A stretch of DNA of 63,619 nucleotides, the filler included, from Basidioascus undulatus (taxonomy: Eukaryota): the NCBI GenBank assembly GCA_000826855.1. It is 5 parts of 5 records of this genome, joined end to end, with 100 filler letters (N's around TTAATTAATTAA, not from the genome) between each part and the next. Parts side by side here need not be neighbours in the genome. Positions count along the whole stretch, not along the records: positions 55,112 to 63,619 come from JTLS01001381.1; 4 more parts are not named here. One strand, given 5' to 3'. Below, piece after piece: positions 55,196 to 63,619 of the stretch. Under the pieces are notes generated by a model. It saw only the letters and a list, made by a program, of their open reading frames with translations. It did not search any database and had not been told where the DNA came from. The translations under genes and the position numbers were made by a program. Position 1 is the first letter of the stretch. Each line of letters starts with the position of its first letter.

Positions 55196-55766
55196 CGTAC
55201 TGGATCTCCCGCGGCCGCCCGCCCCTGGCCCTGGACGTGCTCATGTCGTCCTCCGTCTCCCCCTCCCCTCCAACTTCTCCACCGAAAGCGCAGAGGCACT
55301 CGGGCGAGAAGGACGAGGAGTGCGTGCAGCCTTTGAAGGGGGAGGTGAATCCCTGGTTTGGGATCCTCCAGAGCGCGCTGAGGCAGGACGATGAGCATCT
55401 GTTGAAGACTGTTAGGTCGCTGAGCCAGTGGGCGGGGGTATACGGTTTGTCCTCTATTCCCCCCCCTTCTCCCTCTTCTCCCCTCTGCCTTTCCCTTTCT
55501 TCGCAATCTCTCTCTTTCCCTCGCTTTGAGATGAAGTATCGCTGATGAGTGTGGACGGGACCCGAGCAGGCGACGCCCCCCGCGGCCGCTGGGCGCACAC
55601 GCGTCTTCCCGGCGCGGGCGAGCTGGACGGGACGGCGTGGGTGCGCGCGGCGGGGCTGACGATGGACGCGATCGGCTGGGTGCGCGAGGGCCAGAGGGCG
55701 GGCAAGTGGAGCCACGCGGGCTTGGGGTGGGACGAGGTGTGGGAGAAGAGGGAGTTCGATGATTAG
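55196..55766 (+). CDS. Questin oxidase/HypA(AflY)-like oxidoreductase, C-terminal part (5'-partial)
   Basis: NPWFGILQSALRQDDEHLLKTVRSLSQWAGVYG / LPGAGELDGTAWVRAAGLTMDAIGWVREGQ...GLGWDEVW recalls the C-terminus of basidiomycete members of this family; one intron; TAG at 55764-55766. Confidence 0.7.
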
Positions 55767-56199
55767 GGAGTGGGCGGTGGGGCGCTGGTGGGGCTGTGAG
55801 GGCGACTATGAGCGTGATTTCCATGAATGCGTTGATGAGAATGAGAACGGAGAAGCAGAGCTTGTTACGCGTTGGCTGATTTTTGGCAGGGTTGATAGAC
55901 GATTTGGAGTGTGAAATGCTACGCGCTTGCAGTCCACTGAGGAAAGCCACAGAGCAGGTCCGACTGCGACGGCGAAGAGCCTCAAGCCCTGAAACGCCTT
56001 CTTCCGAACGATCTAGCGTCTCAACCCCAACAGCAGTGCGGATCGGGTTCTGTCGAAATGTATCAGTCCGGCGTTGTCTTGGTTGACCGCATGTTGCAGC
56101 GCTGGCCCGGCTGACGCGAGCCAGACGGTGCAACTACTCGCACACGAGTCACAAGAGGAATATCATCAATTCGAATAGCCGAATAGCTGCTTTCAGGTA

Positions 56200-56970
56200 T
56201 CATACACGCCATGAAACGTTCGTCAGTAACTCGTAACAGCCACGCCCACCCGCCCTCTCGAAGCCCCGCTCAGAGTCCTGTTGCTCTTCCCATTCCATAA
56301 AAGTCGCCAGTCAGAGAAAACACCTCAGTGAGGAATCCCTGGAGAGCACGCACCGCCTTGCTGAGCAGCTGCGAGTGGACGTTCGGGATGACCCCGCCCT
56401 CGTGTATCTGGCAGTCTGCGTCACATCAGCTTCCGCAGATGAGTCATTATGCCCGATACGAAAAAGTGGAGTGGGACAGACGCTTGAGGAGTTACGAGAG
56501 CTCTGGGAGCGGGAAGGGTAAGTTGGAAAGAGGTGGGGAGACGCAAGATGACCAGGCGCACCGTCGTCGTTCCGCACAGCGAGGAGGATGTGCTACGGGA
56601 TGATGCGTTTCTTCTTGTTGTCCCCTGTCCCAAAATATCGCCATAAGGTAAGTAAGATACTGCTGTTGAGTAAGCTGAAGTGAGAAAGAGACCCATCTCG
56701 CCGCGTTCCCCGCGAGCTCGAGCACCTCCGCCGTGAGGAACTCGAGCACGGCAGAGTTGTAGACGGGCGCGCCCATGCGGATCATGCCGGCATAGCGGCC
56801 CTTGGTCACCCAATTGCCACATTTTAGTCCTCGTAATGCTTTGGGGGAGGGGGGCGGCGTACGCGCTTGAGATGTTTCGCGATGCGGGCGACGGGGAAGG
56901 TCACGCCCGCGCGCTTGGACTGCGTGAAGCGCGTCTTGTCCTTGGGGTGCTTGGACTTGCCGGGGACCAT
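56200..56970 (-). pseudogene. Divergent intron-containing histone H2A pseudogene
   Basis: [25 protein letters not shown]...[25 protein letters not shown] / [25 protein letters not shown] / IHEGGVIPNVHSQLL; stops at 56593-56595 and 56492-56494; one damaged splice donor; 3' end approximate. Confidence 0.88.
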
Positions 56971-57699
56971 GCTGTGGGGAATGGGATGTGGGGGATTTGG
57001 GTAGGGGCGTGGGGGAGGGGAAGACCAGGGGTGGGAAGCGGAGGCAAGATGAGGGTAGGAAGGCAAGCGAGGGCGCGAGGCCGGCGGAACGGCGGTGACG
57101 AGTCCGCCCGGTGTAGGGGAAAGGGAGCAGTTGGTGAGTCGAAGGGGCGCCAATTTCCGTGAATGGGTGACTTTGAACGACGATTACTACCCATTCAGGA
57201 ACTACAGTGAGTGTATTCGGTCTTGCGATACATGCAGGACATGCACCTTGCGGGAGTTATGCAAGCGCTATCTTTTTAGGGAATAAAAAGAACTACCGCC
57301 TCGGATCAAACTGTCTTTGTCCTTCAGAACCACAAGTTGCCTGGTTGTGAGCTTCAATGAAGACCGGGCGGGCATGCAGTGCTGAACGGGCAAACGTTCC
57401 CGTTCTTGCTCTGTCTGACGACAGAAAAAAAAAAACCCTTTCAAACTCCTTCTTCTTTTGTTTGGGAAACACGGATCTATCGTCCCTCAAGCGGCCCGAA
57501 ATGGGCTCCGGCGCACGAAGGAAATTCGGAACGCTTAACGGCTCGTTGCCTACTCTGTTGTGGGTAGGAATGAAAAGGTGTTGCTCCGCATTTAACTTCA
57601 TTTTTATTTATAGAAGCTAGACGTAAGCTTAATTTAGTCCTTATAGAACTTATTGGAGAGCATCGAGCGGCCTCTCCTCCCTCTAAGCTGCCTGAACAC

Positions 57700-57995
57700 T
57701 CGGGACACGGCTCGCTTGCCATGAGGATGTGAGTACTTCGTGAGGTGTACGAGAGGCCTCTGTCAATGGCTGCCTGGGAGACCATGACCGCGTCCTCGTA
57801 GTTGTCGCCGTAGTTGGCGAGACACATGGCGAGGTCCTCCCCCGGCGAGCACTGCACCAGACCTATCTCTGGGTCGTCAGGCATATCCTTCGTCAGCCTC
57901 TCGCCCATCGTCGTGTAGGTGAGCGGCTTGGACACATGGACTGGAGCTATGAGGGAGGAAGCCACCTGGTGAGGGGCACACACCGCCTGGGGACC
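57700..57995 (-). pseudogene. Fragment of a divergent DNA-directed RNA polymerase second-largest (beta/RPB2-like) subunit
   Basis: GPQAV...SKPLTYTT...PGEDLAMCLANYGDNYEDAVMVSQAAIDRGL follows the order of RPB2 motifs MGKQA...QKPLxTT...PAGxNxxVAI...GYNQEDSxIxNQSSIDRGL; intronless and isolated. Confidence 0.7.
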
Positions 57996-60900
57996 CTCAC
58001 CCTACATCTCCTTTCGTCAGCGGGACAATTGATTATGACCACAAAGCCTTTCGTACACTGAGCATAATTCCACGGAGACGCTGACCAGCGGGTGAATGCT
58101 GGTCATGGTCGACGGTTCTTCAAAACTTTCCCGCTTCGCTTGCTGTTGCCTGAAAGGCCACATTGTATCTTGAAGTGAGTAGATCGAAAATATTCATCCA
58201 ACCCTGCGTTTTGGCATGTCAATGAAGGGCACAGCAGGTCAATGTCTGTGTAAGCCGCGCTAGTCCGTCTGTCTTCGCACCACCTCATGCCCTAGGCTCT
58301 CCACGAGCCTCTAGGTATGCCGTTGGATCTGGCTCGTTAGACTGAGACCTCACCCTGCAGACAGACTTCAATACGATGACTGCCTCAGAAACATGGCTCC
58401 TTTTCTGCAGATGTCGTCATCCAGCACGCACATAACTCATACTCGACGATCACCTTTGCCAGAAACGCGTACACGTATCACTCTGCTTTGCGGACGCTGA
58501 AACATGCCTGTAGGTAGCGCGTTCGTGCCTACAGCGAGAGGACGAAAGGAGGCACCCTCGATTACATGTATATGTTGTGCCCTGCCGCCCTCTCAGAGAT
58601 CACATCTGCTGATCTCTCATAACATGCAGTACACGGTGGGAGGACGCGGTGGCTACACGTACGGAGCACGTTTGGATCAGATAAGTGGTTCACAATTCAC
58701 ACACTAACCTGAATGTACACTCGTATGGCAGTACCCGCTGCACATTCTTCCGTTGCAATGCGATAGCAGCAGTTGCCCTGCGCTGCGAGAGAGCTGCACA
58801 CCGCACAGTGGTCTGTTGAATCGCGCTCAGTATGGTGCACGCAGTGTGCCCATGCCGTATGTGTGCCTGTTGCTCGCTTGATGCATGTTTTCCGTTTACT
58901 TACCTCAGTAGGGAAAGGACCCCAGCGGCTTAAGTAGTTTAAGAGACGGACTTGCAGAGAGTTTCTGTCTGTCAGGTCGGGCGGTCCCAAGCGGTACGCG
59001 GTTTGATACTCCGCACATCATGGGTCTTATTAGAGATAGATGATCCCACTCCAATGGACGTGCTGGCAGGAGACCCCTTGTGCTGCATACTCTGTTGCCC
59101 AGTCGCTGCGTCCCCATTGACTCGTATCAAGCATGGGCATTCTTTGATCAACGGTGTGTTTGGAGCCTAAGGATGGACTGAAGAACTCTCTTAATCCCCC
59201 CTTGATAGTCCGGGCGTAACGTCCAGGCGTCTTTTCAGCCGACAAATGCACTCTTGCCTTCAAGCAGCGAGCCGTACTACCTTGCTTTCTGTCCAACCAA
59301 TGTATCAAGCAGAGTTGTCTGACCAATTTCAAAGAAAAGTTCTTTAAGATATTGGATAGCAAACACTCTGGTCTGGTTGGAGAAGAGAACAGAGCCCAAG
59401 AAGAAGGCACCCCCCGCAGCGCAGTCCTGATCACCCATCCTTTTCCGTAATGAGATAGCGCTCACTTTGGAGCAAACCCGTTTGTGAGAGGGTGTATCAT
59501 GAAATATTGCATTTTCAGTCAAGTCGTTCGTCAAGTGCAATTGTCCCAGGTTGCATAGAGAAGAGTCCTGTGCGCTGCCGCAGTGCCTGTTCTCCCCCAG
59601 ACGTACTTTCGCGCTGGAGCATTTCTTCTTCTTCCGTGTGGAACCCGCACCACCGCCACCAACCATCAATTCTTGACCCTCTCATGGTTTCTCTGCAGGC
59701 CTGTGCGCAAACCGCGCTCCAAATTAAAGTCGTCTTCGGTGAAGGTCTGAATGGGCTGTTACCCTGTCGCACGATGTGCATCGCTCGGATCTCAGCCTGA
59801 CTACTGAACAAAGACATGGGGGCTTGGATACCTTGAGAGTAGGATCTGCCTTTCTTAAGTGCCAAACAAGTTGAAATGTCTCATGGTGCACGGCAAAACC
59901 CACACGCTGCGGCGGCGTGTCTTCTCTCCGGACGTACTTCCGCGCTCAAGCTTTCCGCCCTTTGCCGTGTGGAGCATCCCACCCAAGGCTCTACCAACGC
60001 GACGTCCTTTGTGACCACAAACCGCTTGATAACGTTCACGAGTACTACGAGCTGCCCAGAGACGACGTGCCAGCAAGCCCACGGGCGAGTATTCAAATCG
60101 TCGCTGCTCTACCAGGACAAGCCGAACTTGTCTGATAAGTCTCTACTCAAAGGGCTGTAAGCTCTAGTGCCGAATGCCTCTAAGAAACTTTTCGAGCCCC
60201 TCGCCTACAAAAAATTTCGCTTCGAACGTCTTTGAGCAGACGGTCGACGACTGCGGACCTCGCGCCCTGTGCACACTGCACCACCACCCACGAGCCGCAG
60301 CTGACTGGCGGCCCACATGGCGGACCCGATGATTGACGGTGACCATTGCGAATGCCCAAATTACGAAGAGCGGAAGAACCCAGGGCGATATAAGGTCGGT
60401 TCCTCCGCTAAAGTGACTAACGAGCACCGCAGTGGAGCGGATGGTGCACTCGCCCGCGCTCGGGCTCACTGCAGCTGCCAACAAGGGCGCTTTCGTGGGC
60501 CAAAGGCGGCCAGCCGATCATCATTTTCAAAGCGCCTGTGTTAGAGCATTTGAAGTAATTTGCACTTATGCGGATAATAGTCAGCCTCCCTGTTCTTGAC
60601 ATCCCCGTCAATCAACAACAAATGAGCCAGATAGCAGGTGGCGACAGAGTGGGGGCTGCGAAATCGACTTCTGCCGAAAGCTATTGACATTTGAGAGTGA
60701 CGTTGGAGTCGGTTCAAGTGTTGGATTCACAGGCAATATGTTCACGAAGTTCACGTCTGAACATTCATCCCCTCGAGCAAGGCTGAGGAGTGGAGCAAGC
60801 ACGCCGCCATTGAGTCGCTGCGAGCGACTCTTTCTGCTTACCGGACAATGAACAGCGCCCCTGTCAGGCGGCCACGAAGTGCTGCCGGATGGATTGGAGC

Positions 60901-61962
60901 ATTGGATACAAATATCTGCATACCCAAACGGATCAGCTGAGCTCCACGAAGACTCAATCGGCGGGTAGCTGCCGGCTGTCCATCACTTCGAGATCCGAGA
61001 GACGGAGGTAACTGAACTTGCAAAACGCGATCAGTCAGGCAATCAATGACAAGCCGGCAAGCCGAGATATTTGCCAGACCACTTGTATTCAGTGTCTGCG
61101 TGTGTGGTGCAGACGCTCCGTAAGCGCACCGCCGCAACTCTCGATGAGGGTGTGATGTGGGTGAGGGGTCGGGGGAGGGCAAGGCAAAGGTCTTCGACTA
61201 CAAGGTGTGTCAGGCTGGAGGAAATGGCAAGAGTGTAAAGTCTAAACTACGTGTATGGGTGTATAAGTATGTGACTAAGAAAACGAAGCAAGAGAGGGGT
61301 TAAATGTAAAAGATGGATGCAGGAATGTGTGTGGAGTGGAGAAGCAAGCTGGAGCAAACGCACGTCTTTTGGGTCGGGATGGATGGGTGAGAGTGTGGAT
61401 AGGGAAATAAATCATCGTGATGCGCGGGGTTATTTATATGGTGGTGCGAGTGGTAGAGTAGAGGGGAGGGAGGAGTGTGAGGGGGCGATGTGCGTTGCGC
61501 CGAGAATAAGGGGTGGAATGCTATGCGACGATAAGTGACCAATAAAGGATGAGAAATGGGTAACATCAAAGGGGGTGGAATCGCCGGCGGATATGAATGG
61601 TATACCGAAAGAATTGGGAATCCAGTAAATGGGTGGCGAGATGCGAAGAGGGGTAATCAGTGGACAGGGCCGAAGGGCAAGAAGCGAAAGAGGGCAAGCC
61701 TGAACCGGGAGGGAGGATGAGCGCATGAGAGACGCGCGACGAGTGGAGATGAGCCGAGAAGAGAGAGAGAAGAGAGTGTGGTAGAGTTACATAGTTGTGC
61801 GATGAGTGCGAGGGTCGTTGGAAAAGCGTTCGTGGATGTAGATGAGTGTGAGAGTGTGTGGAAAGACGAAGGAGAAAAGGGAAGGATGCGAAATGTGGTA
61901 AAGACGAATGCATGGCGAGCGTGACGGGAAGGGTGCGGGAGAGCGGATGGAGGGAAGGTGCT

Positions 61963-63619
61963 TTAGCGGGAAACGCCGTTGACTCCCCAGGTGGACGCGC
62001 GGAGGGGCGACATGCGCGGGGAGGCGGCGCCGGACGCGACGGCGGTCTTGCCGTACACGGTCGAGGCGCGGTTGTTCTCCTTGCCGGGGGTGAGGGGCAT
62101 GTCGTCCTCGGACCAGGACGCGCTCGACGCGCACGGGCTGAAGAGCGCGTCAGACTCGTCCATGCTCGTGTCGGCCGACGACGCGCGCGAGTGCGTGGGC
62201 GATGGCGGCGCCTGCGCCTGCTGCTTCTTGCGGAGGGCGAAGATGTCGAAGGTGGGGATGGGGGCGTAGAAGTAGAAGCGGCGACCGGCGAGGTACCATT
62301 CGCGGACGACGGTGGACGCGCGGGAGTAGTAAGCGGGAGCGTATCTGAAGGAAGGGCGAACTGGTCAGCATGGGGTCATGGTAATGAAGCGATAAAGCGC
62401 AGAAGAGGTACTTGGCGATGATGATTTCGGATAGTTGTTCGAGATGCTCGCCGAGGAAGATGTCGAGCAGCTCAGCAACGTACACGGCAGCCTCAGACTC
62501 GTCGCGTATCTGCAGGTGAAGTGAAGGGAACAAGGATTCAGTCGAAGCAATGGAGACGGGAGACAGAACGAGGGGCGCACCCTTCGCGGCCTGCCGCAAA
62601 TGGTGCGACCAAGGAGGAGCGCGCCCGCGGCGAGGCACGAGGGCGGGATGTCGACAAACTCGCGGAGGTAAAGCCCAATCTCCATGACGCAGCGGGCGAT
62701 GTGTTGTGTGCGCATGTCGTCGAACCCGAGCGCGATCGTGAAGAGACGAAGCCACGACTGCGCAAGCGGGGAAACATCAGCATGAAGCGCAGGGAAGACG
62801 CCGGCAGTTCCAATAGCGACCACGTACCTCAGCGGTCGGATGTCCCAATACCCACCCCAGCGTCGACAGCACGTGCGCCTCCATCTGCAGGAAGGCCGAC
62901 TCGTCGTAAATGCCGCAGCACGAGTCGGTGAGCTCGCGGAGGCAGGGCACGGCGTGCTTTGCGTCCTCGAACTTTGCCGCGATCCAGAGTGCCGCGCAGC
63001 CGACGAGCTGGTAGTGCTTCTTGAGCACGACGCGCTTCGAGATGTACCGGTCGATGATGTTGACCGTGAGGTAGAGCGTCTCGGGGCGCAGGCGCGCCTG
63101 CTGGTGGACCTCGACAAGGAAGTCGACCAAGTACGTGCGCATCGACCAGTCCAGCTCCGGCTGCGAATCAATTAGTGCCGCGTCGCCGAGCGTCTGTGCC
63201 TGAAGGAGCGAAGGGGCAAGGGACAATCAGTGTCCGCTTCCGAATACAGGGCCACAGCCGCTCAGCCTCGCCTCGCCTCGCCTCGCACTTCTCAGAAAGA
63301 AAGATTCGGACTCACCTCCATCGCATGCATGTAGTACCGAATGTCCTCGAGGTACTCGGACTCAAAGAGCGGGCGACCTTGGCGCTGGTACGCGAGGCGC
63401 TGGGCCATGCGCGCGCGCTGGATCTCGGCTGCGAGCGCGTGCTGCTGCTCGCGGCGGCGCCTGGAAGAGGACGCGCCGCCCGACGCGACGGAGGAGGACG
63501 AGGAGGACGCGGAGCCCGGGCTGGCGCGCTGCTTGCCGACGCCGGCGGAGGGGGACGCGCGCTTCTTGTTGTAGACGCTGGTGCGCTCGTGGTCGATCCG
63601 GCGGGGCGCGGCTGAGCGG
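61963..63619 (-). CDS. G1/S-type cyclin, Cln1-like (5'-partial)
   Basis: EYLEDIRYYMHAME / IDSQPELDWSMRTYLVDFLVEVHQQARLRPETLYLTVNIIDRYISKRVVLKKHYQLVGCAALWIAAKFEDAK (cyclin box), GHPTAESWLR, and a Ser/Pro-rich tail; TAA at 61963-61965. Confidence 0.93.

Noticed and set aside
54274..55766. Single gene spanning the gap at 55012-55111
   Set aside because: The Pro/Ser-rich N-terminus does not resemble the oxidoreductase family found after the gap; treated as two partial genes.
8896..56595. Stop-codon reassignment (TGA at conserved Trp; TAA/TAG at Gln/Lys/Arg positions)
   Set aside because: The same genes also have frameshifts, lost starts or broken splice sites, and intact genes terminate with TAA (KAR2, SAM2, RPS4), TAG (SIN3, ICP55) and TGA (DJ-1b, lectin).

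Overview
Eukaryotic, intron-dense fungal nuclear DNA, most likely a basidiomycete of the Pucciniomycotina type (inferred from short GT-AG introns with GTGCGT/GTACGC donors, GCTGAC-like branch sites and very GC-rich third codon positions). The window is five contigs joined by four 100-nt N gaps with an artificial TTAATTAATTAA linker. Apparently intact genes: SIN3 (3' part), KAR2/BiP, ICP55, two DJ-1/PfpI (Hsp31-like) genes, a small membrane protein, SAM synthetase, a secreted ricin-B lectin, RPS4, a questin-oxidase-like 3' end, a Cln1-like cyclin and a few hypothetical genes. Between them lie about a dozen decayed genes: a carboxylesterase, a PDR ABC transporter, a divergent histone H2A, four copies of an unnamed family, three MYND-finger paralogues and a secreted protein. 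Main observations: (1) an intronless, very divergent RNA polymerase second-largest-subunit fragment at about 57.7-58.0 kb that may be an endogenous DNA-virus or plasmid relic; (2) a roughly 5.2 kb inversion (35373-40593) that splits two genes reciprocally and has a 9-bp inverted near-repeat at both breakpoints; (3) the heavy pseudogene load, suggesting ongoing genome decay. All identifications come from manual reading and recalled family motifs; no searches were run.
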